From: an uncultured Chloroflexia bacterium
GTDB taxonomy: Bacteria; Chloroflexota; Limnocylindria; Limnocylindrales; CSP1-4
Length of the DNA: 64,000 bases
Reading direction: 5' to 3'
Assembly (NCBI GenBank): GCA_963833225.1
Contig: CAWHXD010000019.1
Coordinates: forward strand, 96,001 to 160,000
Within the stretch, counting starts at the first letter, position 1. Every line of letters begins with the position of its first letter. Shown piece by piece: positions 31,645 through 41,792 of this stretch. The position numbers and the translations under genes are program-made. Below the pieces are notes generated by a model that worked only from the letters and a program-made list of their open reading frames with translations, was not told where the DNA came from and did no database searches.

Positions 31645-32892
31645 CTAATCGTCGCGGTTGCGCTTCGCCTCGATCAGGGCGGCGTCCGCCCGCTCCGTGA
31701 GCTCGTCGAGCGTCTCGTTGGATGTGAGCGTGGCGAGCCCGGCGGTGATCCCGACGCCGGTGGCATGCCGGAGGGACTGATCGATCACGTCGATGCGGTG
31801 CCTCACCTCGTCCGAATCGACCGAGGCGATCCCGCACACGAACTCGTCGCCACCAAAGCGCACGATCGGGTCGTACGACCGCATGTTGGCGCGCATCGTG
31901 GCCCCCAGCATTCGGAGCACGCGATCGCCGGCCGCGTGTCCATCACGGTCGTTCACGCCCTTGAGCCCGTCGACGTCGACGAACGCAATGACGAACTTGC
32001 CGTCGGCGCGCTTGGCGCGCTCGATCTCGTTCCTGAGCGCGAGCCGACCCACCTCGCGACGGAAGGCCCCGGTGAGCGCGTCGAGGTGCGCACGCTGCAG
32101 CTCGGCTTCCAGGCGCGCCTTCTCAAGCTCGGCATCGTTGTCCGTCATCGAGCGGAGGTCCTGTCCGGTGCCCAGACGCGACCTGGCGATCGAGTCCCGC
32201 TCTCCGAGCGCCCGATCGCGTGCATTGGCGATCAGGTCCCGGTCCGTCGCGGCCTGGTCCCGGGCATTGGCGATCGAATCACGCTCGGCGAGCGCCTTCT
32301 CCCTGGCCTCCACGGCCGCGGCGCGGTCGATGGCGGCCTGCTCCCTGGCTGCCGCGATCTCCGCCCGATCGAGGACTGCCTGCTCCCGTGCCTCGACGGC
32401 CGCGACGCGCTCGGCAGCCGCCCGGTGCATCAGCTCGGCGATCTGGACACGCTCCGCGATCGCCTCCTCCTCCCGTGCCTCCAGGGTGGCCTCCCGCGCC
32501 GATGCCGCCTGTTCGAGCGCGTCAGCGATCTCGGCCCGCTCCGCGGCGGCCTCGTACAGGGACTCGAGCGCTCCGGCCCGCTCCGCGGCCGCCTCGTACA
32601 TCTCCTCGAGCTCGGCCTCGCGCTCGGCGGCCAACGCGTCATCGCGCCGCGCGTCGCTCGTCGCCGCCGGTGTCTCCGGACCACCGGCAGGGGAATCCGC
32701 AGCCGGCTCCACGTCGCCGAGCGGGCGGCTCACGGCAGCGGCGGCCGCGTCGGCAGCGGCGGCAGCGGCGGCAGCGGCGTCGGCCGCCTCGAGGGCCTTG
32801 AGCGCCTGGCGCTGTGACTTCTTCAGCTTGCGGAAGTTCAAATGAGGCCTCGCTCGTCGATTGGGCGCCGAGCCGCGCCTTTGGTACCGCAT
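31645..32892 (-). CDS. Diguanylate cyclase with long coiled-coil N-terminus
   Basis: DALTG, DVDGLKGVNDRDGHAAGD, RFGGDEF; A/E/R-rich repeats. Confidence 0.88.
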   Translation of the reverse strand: MRYQRRGSAPNRRARPHLNFRKLKKSQRQALKALEAADAAAAAAAAADAAAAAVSRPLGDVEPAADSPAGGPETPAATSDARRDDALAAEREAELEEMYEAAAERAGALESLYEAAAERAEIADALEQAASAREATLEAREEEAIAERVQIAELMHRAAAERVAAVEAREQAVLDRAEIAAAREQAAIDRAAAVEAREKALAERDSIANARDQAATDRDLIANARDRALGERDSIARSRLGTGQDLRSMTDNDAELEKARLEAELQRAHLDALTGAFRREVGRLALRNEIERAKRADGKFVIAFVDVDGLKGVNDRDGHAAGDRVLRMLGATMRANMRSYDPIVRFGGDEFVCGIASVDSDEVRHRIDVIDQSLRHATGVGITAGLATLTSNETLDELTERADAALIEAKRNRDD

Positions 32893-32983
32893 CTTGCGGC
32901 CATATGTACCAAGTATCACGCGGAATCGGCGCCTGGAGAGTGAATCTGGTGCGAGAACGCCCCGCTATTCTCCGAATCGCGGA

Positions 32984-34711
32984 TCAGGCGTCCGGTCCGG
33001 CGGCAATCGCTCCGGCGGCCCGGAGGTCGCGCTTCCAGCGGTCGATGGCGTCTTGGGCCTGATACGGGTTGCCGTCCAGCCACGCGCCGACATCGACCGA
33101 CGGGTACCGTTCCCCGACCAGGGCCGCGGTGGCCCGGGCTCGCCGGTCCAGCCCCTGCTCAACCTGGGCCGCGGTCAGCACGAGGAGAGCCTCCAAGTTG
33201 AGCGGCTGGTGCTCGAGGACCATCTCCGCCACGGCCGCGGCCTGCTCCGGTCGGCCGCCCATCAACAGCGAACAGGCCTTGACGGTGGGGTACCAGGGCT
33301 TGTTGACCCCGGTCAGGCGCATCGCCTTGTCCGTGAGATCGACCGCCTTGTCCCATTCGCCGAGGTAGCGCCGGACGCTCCCCTCGAGGCCAAAGGTGAT
33401 GTCGCAGGTCGGGCGCACGATCTCCACCGCCTCGATCGCCTCCAGCGCCTCCGCCGCGCGACCCTCGGAGACAAGGATGGCGGCCTCCACGGTCCTGGCC
33501 ATGCCCGTCGGATCGCCGCACGCGAGACCGACCTTGGCCTGCTGCCGGGCCAGCAGGAACGTCTCGGTGGCGTTCTGGGCCCAGCCACTGTTGGCGCCCA
33601 TCCAGTTGGCAAAGGCCGAGAGCACGTGCCCGTACGGCTTGTCCGGATGGGTGGCGGCGACCTTGCCGAACAGCTCGAGGGCCATGGCCCACCCCTCCGG
33701 CGTACCGGTGTTGAGGTGATACCAGCCGAGGTAGACCTGCTCGATCGCCCTCGCGTCGTCCAGGTCGGCATACAGGCCGGCCGGCTCGCCGACGATGAGG
33801 TCGACCTCGACCGCGCGAGCGACCTCGTCGGCAAGCGTATCCGACAGCCCGAACAGCTCCGCGGTCGTCGCGGTCCACCGGTGCGACTTGACGACATTCA
33901 TGGTCGTGACGTCCATGATGGTCGCGTAGACCCGGACGTTGTCGCCCGCCTGGTGGATGCCGGTCTCGATCAGGTAGCGAGCCGATGCGGGCGTGCCACC
34001 GGTGCCGGGTTCCGTCCGGGCATCGACGACATTGAGCTGGGGGATCTGCGTCAGGCGGTGGACCAGGTCGGTCCGCAGCAGGTCCGCGGTGGCGCGCACG
34101 GTCGCATCGAGATGCTCGGTGTGGATGGGGAGCACCGCCACGGTGGGCGCCTCGAGTCCCAGGGGCCGCTGGCCCGGCGAGGCAGCCTCACCGCTCGGCA
34201 AATCGGCGAACTCGTAGATGTCGACATCCTCCGGGATGCCCTTGAGGTGTCGTCGGCCGATCGCCCTGAAGCGGAGGGCCGGCTCGTCGAGAGCCCGGTA
34301 GACACGCCCGGAGACGCTGATCCCCCCGGGCTGCGCCATGGCCTGGATGCGGGCCGCGATGTTCAGGGCATCCCCGAAGTGGTCGCCGCTGGACACCGCG
34401 ACAACGCCCTGGTCGAGGCCCATCCGGAATCGAATGGCGCGCGCCCCGGCGCGGCTGGCGTTGGCGGTCTCGATCTCCGTGGTGATCGCGATCGCCGCTC
34501 GCATCGCGTCCGTGGCGCCGGCAAAGACCGCCATGAAGTTGTCGCCGACGAAGTTGACCAGCGTTCCGCCGTTCCCGGACACCGTGCGGGCAACCAGGTC
34601 GCGGTACTCGTCCATGGTCGCCGTCACCGTCTCGAGGTCATCGGCGATGAGGCGGCTGTAGCCGACGATATCGGCGTTGAGGGCGACCATCTCGGAACGG
34701 GTCTGGCTCAA
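32984..34711 (-). CDS. Adenylate/guanylate cyclase with TolB-like and TPR regions
   Basis: RBS GGAGGAG then TTG; ADIVGYSRL, FVGDNFMAVF, GDALNIAARIQ, TVAVLP. Confidence 0.85.
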   Translation of the reverse strand: MSQTRSEMVALNADIVGYSRLIADDLETVTATMDEYRDLVARTVSGNGGTLVNFVGDNFMAVFAGATDAMRAAIAITTEIETANASRAGARAIRFRMGLDQGVVAVSSGDHFGDALNIAARIQAMAQPGGISVSGRVYRALDEPALRFRAIGRRHLKGIPEDVDIYEFADLPSGEAASPGQRPLGLEAPTVAVLPIHTEHLDATVRATADLLRTDLVHRLTQIPQLNVVDARTEPGTGGTPASARYLIETGIHQAGDNVRVYATIMDVTTMNVVKSHRWTATTAELFGLSDTLADEVARAVEVDLIVGEPAGLYADLDDARAIEQVYLGWYHLNTGTPEGWAMALELFGKVAATHPDKPYGHVLSAFANWMGANSGWAQNATETFLLARQQAKVGLACGDPTGMARTVEAAILVSEGRAAEALEAIEAVEIVRPTCDITFGLEGSVRRYLGEWDKAVDLTDKAMRLTGVNKPWYPTVKACSLLMGGRPEQAAAVAEMVLEHQPLNLEALLVLTAAQVEQGLDRRARATAALVGERYPSVDVGAWLDGNPYQAQDAIDRWKRDLRAAGAIAAGPDA

Positions 34712-34837
34712 GAAGCTCCTCCTCCGGGTGGGTAACGTCCCTCGGACGGGTTGCGCGTGAGGCCCGATGATCCCACGATGTCGCCAGCCGGTCGAACGTG
34801 ACGTGTCGCCGGCCCCGCATCCCGGAGGAGCAGCGCC

Positions 34838-35398
34838 TTGGACCGAGTGCGCCTGATCGTGGCATCCGTGCAGCAGACCCTGGTCGAGGCGGGCGCGACG
34901 GTGGACCCGCCCACGACGGTGGCGACCGCGGCCGTGGCGGTCCACAACCCGCTTGCGGGCCAGGGTCGCGTCGACGACCTGGCCGAGCTGGAGGCGCTCG
35001 GGCGCGAGGCGTCTGCCCTGCTCGTGGAGCGCGCCATCGCCGCCCTCGAGTCGGTCGGGCTCTCAGCGGCGGACGTGCGCGGCTACGGCAAGGGCGCCAT
35101 CGTCGGGATCGACGGCGACCGCGAGCACACGGCGGCGGTGCTCCATCCCCGGTTCGGCGCCCCCCTGCGAGCGGCGATCGGCGGGGGAGCCGACATCATC
35201 CCCGGGACCAAGAAGGTTGCCGGTCCCGGAGCGGTCATCACGATGCCGATCGGCAACAAGGACGACCGCTGGGTCTTCGACGACATGGACGCCGTGGATG
35301 TCAGCATCCCGGACGCGCCACGACCGGACGAGATCGTGATCGCCCTGGCGCTGAGCGCCGGTGGCCGCCCGAACGCCCGGGTCCGGAAGCCACAATAG
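34838..35398 (+). CDS. AA_synth (DUF1185) family protein
   Basis: AVHNPLAG, YGKGAIVGIDGDREH, DAPRPDEIVIALA...GGRP. Confidence 0.8.
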   Translation: MDRVRLIVASVQQTLVEAGATVDPPTTVATAAVAVHNPLAGQGRVDDLAELEALGREASALLVERAIAALESVGLSAADVRGYGKGAIVGIDGDREHTAAVLHPRFGAPLRAAIGGGADIIPGTKKVAGPGAVITMPIGNKDDRWVFDDMDAVDVSIPDAPRPDEIVIALALSAGGRPNARVRKPQ

Positions 35399-35503
35399 GG
35401 CCCCTGGCCGCAATCGAGCCCCAACGGTCCGCCCGGGCGGCTGGCTCGAGCTGACGATGACGTCGCGGCCGGGCTGCGAAGGCACCCCTGTACCATCGCG
35501 GTC

Positions 35504-36403
35504 ATGGACGCCCCCCACCGCCTCGTGCGGCTCCCCGATGGCCGTGATCTCGACGTCATCGTCGATGGCCCGGACTCGACATCGGCGCTGCTCCTGATCA
35601 ACGGCTCCCCGACGGGCGTGGTCGCGTCACCCCAGGAGGTTGCGGCCGCCGCAGCGCATGGCCTCCGGTTCGTGACGTTCGGCCGGCCGGGATACGCGGA
35701 CTCCACGCGCCTGCCGGGTCGCTCGGTGGCGGACGTGGCGCCGGACATCCGGCTGCTGGCCGCCGAGATCGGCATCGACCGGTTGTTCGTCATCGGCTGG
35801 TCGGGCGGTGGTCCGCACGCGCTCGCCTGTGCCGCGCTGCTGCCCGACCTCGTCGCCGGGGCTGCCACGATGGCCGGTGTCGCGCCCTATGACGCGGAGG
35901 GGCTGGACTGGCTCGAGGGCATGGCGCCCGAGAACCACGAGGAGTTCGGGGCAGCCGTCGCGGACCCGGTCGCGCTCCAGGGTCTTCTCGAGCGCTATGC
36001 TGCGGACCTTCGCGACGTGACCGGAGACCAGGTCGCCGATTCGCTCGGCGAGCTCATCCCGCCGGTGGACCGGGCGGCGCTCACCGGCGACTTTGCCGGG
36101 CACACCGCCGCCCTGTTCCGCGACGCGGTGCGGACCGGCATCTGGGGCTGGTTTGACGACGACCTGGCCTTCATCCGCGACTGGGGCTTCGGGCTGGGCG
36201 AGATCCGGGTCCCGGTCTCGGTTTGGCAGGGCACCGAGGACGCCATGGTTCCGTTCGCCCATGGGCGCTGGCTCGCCGACCATGTGCCCGGGGCGACGGC
36301 CCGGCTGCTGGACGGCGAGGGTCACCTGTCGCTGGGCGTGGTGGCGTTCGACCGCATCGTGGACGAGCTGGTCGACGGCGACCGCAGCCCGGGAGCGACG
36401 TGA
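35504..36403 (+). CDS. Alpha/beta hydrolase
   Basis: GWSGGGPHALA nucleophile elbow, WQGTEDAMVP, GEGHLS. Confidence 0.9.
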   Translation: MDAPHRLVRLPDGRDLDVIVDGPDSTSALLLINGSPTGVVASPQEVAAAAAHGLRFVTFGRPGYADSTRLPGRSVADVAPDIRLLAAEIGIDRLFVIGWSGGGPHALACAALLPDLVAGAATMAGVAPYDAEGLDWLEGMAPENHEEFGAAVADPVALQGLLERYAADLRDVTGDQVADSLGELIPPVDRAALTGDFAGHTAALFRDAVRTGIWGWFDDDLAFIRDWGFGLGEIRVPVSVWQGTEDAMVPFAHGRWLADHVPGATARLLDGEGHLSLGVVAFDRIVDELVDGDRSPGAT

Positions 36404-36412
36404 GGGCCGCCG

Positions 36413-36742
36413 ATGGCGTATGACGAGATCCTCGCGGCGCGCGTCCGGTCGCGGATCGGGGATCACCCCGGCCTGAGTGAGCGGGAGATGTTCGGCGGGA
36501 TTGCGTTCATGATCGGCGGCAACATGGCCGTTGGCGTCAGCGGGGACGAGCTGATGGTTCGCGTCGGCAGGGCGGGGCATGATGCCGCGGTTGCGCGACC
36601 CGGCGCCCGCGTCATGGACTTCACCACCCGTCCCATGATCGGCTGGATCAGCGTGACCCGGGAGGGCTTCGCCGAGGACGCGGACTTCGATGCCTGGGTG
36701 GACCAGGGCGTCAGCTACGCGGGCAGCCTCCCGGCGAAGTAG
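36413..36742 (+). CDS. TfoX/Sxy N-terminal domain protein
   Basis: EREMFGGIAFMIGGNMAVGV...LMVRVG, SLPAK end. Confidence 0.85.
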   Translation: MAYDEILAARVRSRIGDHPGLSEREMFGGIAFMIGGNMAVGVSGDELMVRVGRAGHDAAVARPGARVMDFTTRPMIGWISVTREGFAEDADFDAWVDQGVSYAGSLPAK

Positions 36743-36788
36743 GCATCTCGAACGACCGCGGTCCGGGCACCGGGTCGCGGGGGGCATC

Positions 36789-37262
36789 TCAGTCACCGGC
36801 GGTGCGCGGCTCGAGGACGACCACCGCCGTGCCGGACGGCCGCCTGACTGCATAGCCGTCGACGTCGTCGCCCATCTCTCGCCAGCGCGCCCACAGTCGC
36901 ACCCGTTCGTCGCCTTCGGCCGCACGCCCGCGAACCGCTCGGGCGCCGGTCTTGAGCTCGACTGTCGCGTCGGGTTGCGCCTGGAGGTTGAGCCACCACG
37001 CCGGCTCGGCCTCGGCCCAGCCGTTCATCGCCATCGTGACCAGGTTCGGGCCGTCCTCGTAGTAGCCGAGGATCGCGATCCGCTCCTTGCCCGTGCGGCG
37101 CCCGACGGTCACGAGGCGCATCGTGCCCCACTTGCCGGGCTTGGGAGGCCAGAGCCCGCGCCGGCCCCCCGTGAGCCGGTACAGCGCCCGATGCAGGAGC
37201 CACGCCGTTCGGACGAACCAGCGAGGCGGGAGGGGCGGGGCGGTCCCGGGGCTGTTGGACAT
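36789..37262 (-). CDS. Deazaflavin (F420)-dependent nitroreductase family protein
   Basis: LVTVGRRTGKER, AMNGW..EPAWWLNLQAQPDATV, VVVLEPR. Confidence 0.87.
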   Translation of the reverse strand: MSNSPGTAPPLPPRWFVRTAWLLHRALYRLTGGRRGLWPPKPGKWGTMRLVTVGRRTGKERIAILGYYEDGPNLVTMAMNGWAEAEPAWWLNLQAQPDATVELKTGARAVRGRAAEGDERVRLWARWREMGDDVDGYAVRRPSGTAVVVLEPRTAGD

Positions 37263-37419
37263 GGCGGCGACCTCCAGGGACGCCCGGCAATGATCCCACG
37301 CGAGGTCCGTCACCGCCGGATCCGTGCGGACGGGGCTGGTCGCCAACGGGACCGCGTCGGCCGTCGGGGGGCCATTCGCCTCTGATGCCGCGGGCGTCCA
37401 GGCCGCCATCCTCTTCGGG

Positions 37420-38343
37420 ATGACGCGGATCGGGATCCTGACCGGTGTCGGGGCGGTGGCGGCGGTTGGGGCATGCATGCTGGCTCGCCGGTGGCGGCAC
37501 CGGGTCCAGCCCACCGATCACCCGGCCACGGAGATCGCTCCGGGCGTGTTTCTCCTGGGCCCATGGGGCCGGTCGCAGACCAGCGTCTACCTCATCTGCG
37601 ATGGGTCGGCGTGGCTCCTCGTGGATACCGGGTGGGGGAGCGACGGACCGCGCATCCAGGCGGCTGTGCGGTCGTTGGTGGGTCCCGATGCGGCCCCCTC
37701 GGCGATCCTGCTGACGCACGCTCACCCGGATCATTGTGGGTCGGCCCGCGAGCTGGCGGAGGCGTGGAGCTGCCCCGTGTACGCACACCCGGCCGAGCTC
37801 CCGCTTGCCACGGGCGACTTCGCCGCGATGGCGAGGTACGCCGGACCGCTCGACCGGTGGTTGATCCTGCCCGTCATGCGGGCCATCGGTGCTCGCCGCC
37901 GCGAGGCGGCCCTCGCCGCGTCGAGCCTGGCGGGCGTCGTGGAGGCCCTGGCGCCGGGTGGCGAGATCCCGGGGGTGGACGGCTGGACCTGGATCCCGAC
38001 GCCGGGCCATACCCCGGGGCACGTCGCCTACCTCCGGGCGCGCGACCGGGTCGTCCTCAGCGGCGACGCCCTCGTGACCCTGGAGGTCAACGCCCTGGCA
38101 GGCATCCTGTGGCAGCGCCAGGGCCTGTCCGGTCCGCCCTGGTACACGACCTGGGATCGGCGGGCCGCGAATGACTCGATCTGCGAGATCGCCGATCTCG
38201 AGCCCGATGTCCTCGCCGGCGGCCACGGGCTGCCGCTGCTCGGGCCGCGGACAGCCGCCCTGGTTCACGCGTTCGCGAAGACCCGAGCCCACCGATCTCG
38301 CTCCCCGGCGGAGGGACAAGAAGGGGCGTCACGCCAGGCGTAG
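37420..38343 (+). CDS. MBL-fold metallo-hydrolase
   Basis: LVDTG, THAHPDHCG, TPGHTPGH, SGDA, GGHG. Confidence 0.88.
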   Translation: MTRIGILTGVGAVAAVGACMLARRWRHRVQPTDHPATEIAPGVFLLGPWGRSQTSVYLICDGSAWLLVDTGWGSDGPRIQAAVRSLVGPDAAPSAILLTHAHPDHCGSARELAEAWSCPVYAHPAELPLATGDFAAMARYAGPLDRWLILPVMRAIGARRREAALAASSLAGVVEALAPGGEIPGVDGWTWIPTPGHTPGHVAYLRARDRVVLSGDALVTLEVNALAGILWQRQGLSGPPWYTTWDRRAANDSICEIADLEPDVLAGGHGLPLLGPRTAALVHAFAKTRAHRSRSPAEGQEGASRQA

Positions 38344-38859
38344 CCGGTCGCGGACTTCGCGCGAAAGCACAGCATCGGCCCAGGATCCGACGTGGGGATG
38401 CTCGGGCGCCCAGGAGTCCCAGACGCTCCGCGCCCAGGCTTGGACACGGTTCGCGTGGTCATCCGGCGCGATGGCTCCGGCGACCTCGGCGACGGTGAGG
38501 ACCGAGCCATCCGCACGGCCACGGAACCGCGGCCACGTCGAGTGGCGCTGGGCGAGGTACTGGTGCGCGCCTCGCACCGCCGTGCCCGACCAACCGCGCT
38601 CCAGCGCCAGGTAGAGCCCGATGAGGCCGAATGCCGTGGCGATCGGCGGCGAAGGCGCGCCGGCGTGCTGGGCACCGTAGGCGTCGACGGCCAGCTGGTG
38701 ATACCGGCCCAGCTGCGGCAGGTGCTCCATCTCGAAGGTCAGGACCTCGGTGTAGAGGTGCCAGCAGGCAGGCGAAGCGTTGGCCTGGCGCTCCATGGGC
38801 CAATCCGTTGGCTCCAGGACGACACCGCATCCAGGACAAGGGCTCGGGGCATCGACCAT
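38329..38859 (-). CDS. DUF5946-like protein
   Basis: CPGCG, ASPACW, HQLAVDAYGAQH, WARSVWDSW. Confidence 0.7.
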   Translation of the reverse strand: MVDAPSPCPGCGVVLEPTDWPMERQANASPACWHLYTEVLTFEMEHLPQLGRYHQLAVDAYGAQHAGAPSPPIATAFGLIGLYLALERGWSGTAVRGAHQYLAQRHSTWPRFRGRADGSVLTVAEVAGAIAPDDHANRVQAWARSVWDSWAPEHPHVGSWADAVLSREVRDRLRLA

Positions 38860-38923
38860 GGCACCAGCATGGGGAGGCGTCGGCCGCCGGTCAACCGCCG
38901 ACCGGGCCGCCGATCGGGCCGGC

Positions 38924-39991
38924 TCAGCCCCGACGGGAGCCCCAACGCCGCCCGCCCTCGAGGAACGCCGCCACGTTGGCCCACGGCACGTCCGGCTCGT
39001 CGACGTCGTAGGCGGGGCACAGGATCAGCCCGGCCCGGCCGAGGCCGGCGACGCACCTCCGGACCTCCTCGGCGATCGCCTCCGGGCGCTCGTACGAGAA
39101 CGTCGTCTGCCGGCCGACGCAGCCCCAGAGCGCAAGGCGCCTGCCAAACCGCCGGCGGATCCGCGCGGCGTCCATGTGCTCCGGCTGCACGGGGTTGATC
39201 GCGGCGACACCGATCTCGACCAGGTCGTCGAGGATCGGCTCAATCGTCCCATCCGAGTGGTACAGCACGCGGATCGCGGGGTTGATCGCCCGGGCCGCCT
39301 CGATCACGCCGGCCAGGCGTGGCTTGAAGAAGGTCCGCCACGTGGCCGGGCTCATCATCATGGTTCCCGGGATCCCGACGTCATCGTCGAGCGAGAGGAC
39401 ATCGACACCGGCGGCGGCGAGGGTCGCCGCGTTGCGACGCGCGAGCTCGGCCAGCCGGTCGAGCAGGAAGTGGGCCATGTCCTGGCGCTCGAGCAGGTCG
39501 ATCAGGAAGGCCTCGAGGCCTCGGAGCCGCCAGGCTGCCTCGAACAGCTCCCCGCCGAGGTGCGGCGTGTTGCCGCCGGCCGCAAGGCCGCGCCGGTGCA
39601 CGTCGTCCACCGCTTGGGCGAGGCCATCCACCGCCAGCGGGCCGGCCACGGCCGGGAACGGGAACCGCTCCAGGTCGGCCAGGGTTCTCGCCGCCTCGAG
39701 CGGGTTGCGGTCCTCGGGTGCGCCCGGCTGGTACCGCCAGCTGGCGTAGCGCGCGGCCTGGGACGCGTTGCCGACGCGCGTGTTGCCCTCGTACGGCGAG
39801 GCGATCCGGCGCAGCTCGGCTTCCTCGTCCGACACCGGGAACTCGACGAACTCGATGTCAACGTGGTCGTCCCGCCAGGCGCCCGGCGGTGCCAGCCGTG
39901 CGCCATCGATGCGATAGAACGCGAGGGCGAGGGGGATGACATCAGGCTCGTCGCCGTCCATCGCCGCGAGGATCCGATCCCGGCCGGTCAC
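38924..39991 (-). CDS. Uroporphyrinogen decarboxylase family (MtaA/CmuA-like) protein
   Basis: LFEAAWRLRGLEAFLIDL, DDDVG, YHSDG, INPVQPE, LILCPA. Confidence 0.85.
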   Translation of the reverse strand: MTGRDRILAAMDGDEPDVIPLALAFYRIDGARLAPPGAWRDDHVDIEFVEFPVSDEEAELRRIASPYEGNTRVGNASQAARYASWRYQPGAPEDRNPLEAARTLADLERFPFPAVAGPLAVDGLAQAVDDVHRRGLAAGGNTPHLGGELFEAAWRLRGLEAFLIDLLERQDMAHFLLDRLAELARRNAATLAAAGVDVLSLDDDVGIPGTMMMSPATWRTFFKPRLAGVIEAARAINPAIRVLYHSDGTIEPILDDLVEIGVAAINPVQPEHMDAARIRRRFGRRLALWGCVGRQTTFSYERPEAIAEEVRRCVAGLGRAGLILCPAYDVDEPDVPWANVAAFLEGGRRWGSRRG

Positions 39992-39998
39992 CGTTGCC

Positions 39999-40490
39999 TC
40001 AGCCGATGGTCTTGCGCATCGTGACGTCGGTCTCGACGTAGCCGGAGGACAGGTAGAGGCTCCGCGCGACCGCGTTGTCACCGAACACGTGGAGCCCGAT
40101 CTCGTGGTAGCCCAGGTCCCGCGCGATCGGCTCCAGCGCGACCAGGGCGGCGCGGCCGTAGCCGCGGCCACGCGCCTCCGGAAGGACCTCGATGTCCCAG
40201 ATGAAGCAGGGGCTCCGCTCGGCCTCCCGGAGTGGCCCGAACCAGATCGTGCCCACCACCTCGCCCGACTCGTTCACGATCGAGCGCAGCTCGTGGTCGG
40301 GGGTCGCGAGGCCCTGGGGCAGCAGGGTCGTGAACTCGCGATCTGATCGCGCCTCCGCACCCTCCGCGGGCCAGGTGCCGACGCGGACCTTGTCGGCGGC
40401 ATATCCGCGCACGGAGGTGACGCGCCAGCGCTCGAAGGTCTCGCCGGACATCGGCTCGAGCGTGACGGTCGGGGGCTCCGCTGGCTTCAT
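39999..40490 (-). CDS. GNAT family N-acetyltransferase
   Basis: EARGRGYGRA, LHVFGDNAVARSLY. Confidence 0.88.
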   Translation of the reverse strand: MKPAEPPTVTLEPMSGETFERWRVTSVRGYAADKVRVGTWPAEGAEARSDREFTTLLPQGLATPDHELRSIVNESGEVVGTIWFGPLREAERSPCFIWDIEVLPEARGRGYGRAALVALEPIARDLGYHEIGLHVFGDNAVARSLYLSSGYVETDVTMRKTIG

Positions 40491-40531
40491 CGGGTGGAGG
40501 ATATCCGGTCAGCGCTGCGATACTCCGCCCC

Positions 40532-41665
40532 ATGTCCCCCGTCACCGCCCCAACAGACCGCCGCCGGATCGCTACGCTGCGGCTCGCGGCCCAGCGCCTC
40601 GTGGCCGCCGGTTCGCCATCGGCGGCGGACGCGGTTCACTGGATGCTGGCCGTCCAGGCGCAGGACCTGCCAGGCGCGAAGCGGTCACTCGGGTTACGGA
40701 CGGAGGGCGGCACGGAGGCTGCCGTCAACGCGGCGCTCGACGCGGGTCACGTCGTCCGCTCCTGGCCGCTGCGCGGCACGCTCCATTTCGTCGCCGCCAA
40801 GGATCTCGCCTGGCTCCTGGCGCTCACCGGGTCCCGGCAGATCAGCCGCGCGGCGACTCGCCGTCGGGAGCTCGGCATCACCGACGCGGACCTGGGGCAC
40901 GCGGAGGCGGCGGTGCGGACAGCGCTCGGAGGCAGGCGCACCCTGCCCCGCGATCAGCTGCTCGCCGAGATCGAGGCGGCCGGCGTGGCGACGGACGGCC
41001 AGCGGGCCTACCACCTCATCTGGCACCTGTCGCAAGCGGGGACGCTGGTCATGGGCGCGACGCACGGCCGGGGCCAGGCGTTCGCCCTGCTCGACGACTG
41101 GGTGCCCAGGGGACCCGTGCTCGACCGCGACGAGGCTCTGGGCCGGCTCGCGCTCCGCTATCTGCGATCCCACGGCCCGGCCAGTGACGCGGACCTGGCC
41201 CGCTGGGCGGGTTTGACGATGGGCGAGGCCCGCCGAGCCCGCGCCGTCTGCGGCACCGCGCTCGCCACCATCGAGATCGGAGGCACCCCCTACGCCCTGG
41301 ACCCCGAGGTGCTGGATCGCGGGACGGATCGGCCATCGCCATGGCAGCCCCGGGTTCTCCTGCTGCCGGGCTTCGACGAATACCTGCTGGGGTACGGGGA
41401 TCGGTCGGCGGTCCTGGCGCCTGAGCTTGCCGACCGCATCGTCCCCGGCGGCAACGGGATGTTCCGGTCGACGGTCGTGGTCGACGGCGAGGTGGCCGGC
41501 ACGTGGAGCCGGGCCGTGCGCGGCGGGAAGCTGCTCGTCGCGCCGGAGTTGTTCGCCCCTCTTGCCGCCGACCAGCTCGGCGGGCTTGCCGACGCGGTCG
41601 GGGCGCTCGGATCCTTCCTTGGTCAGGACGCGCACCTCGCGCCGATGCCAGGATCAGCCGACTAG
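40532..41665 (+). CDS. HTH_42 / AlkZ-like DNA glycosylase family protein
   Basis: LAVQAQD, RSWPLRGTLH, RYLRSHGPA, LLPGFDEYLLGY. Confidence 0.85.
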   Translation: MSPVTAPTDRRRIATLRLAAQRLVAAGSPSAADAVHWMLAVQAQDLPGAKRSLGLRTEGGTEAAVNAALDAGHVVRSWPLRGTLHFVAAKDLAWLLALTGSRQISRAATRRRELGITDADLGHAEAAVRTALGGRRTLPRDQLLAEIEAAGVATDGQRAYHLIWHLSQAGTLVMGATHGRGQAFALLDDWVPRGPVLDRDEALGRLALRYLRSHGPASDADLARWAGLTMGEARRARAVCGTALATIEIGGTPYALDPEVLDRGTDRPSPWQPRVLLLPGFDEYLLGYGDRSAVLAPELADRIVPGGNGMFRSTVVVDGEVAGTWSRAVRGGKLLVAPELFAPLAADQLGGLADAVGALGSFLGQDAHLAPMPGSAD

Positions 41666-41792
41666 GCCATCGAGAAGCTGACCCAGGCTGCGGCCCGGTC
41701 GAAGGAAACCGAACGGGCAGCGCATTGCCTCCGACCCGTCTCCGGCGCATGATTCCTCCTCACCACGAGTCAACGAGCGAGAGGAGGCGACC

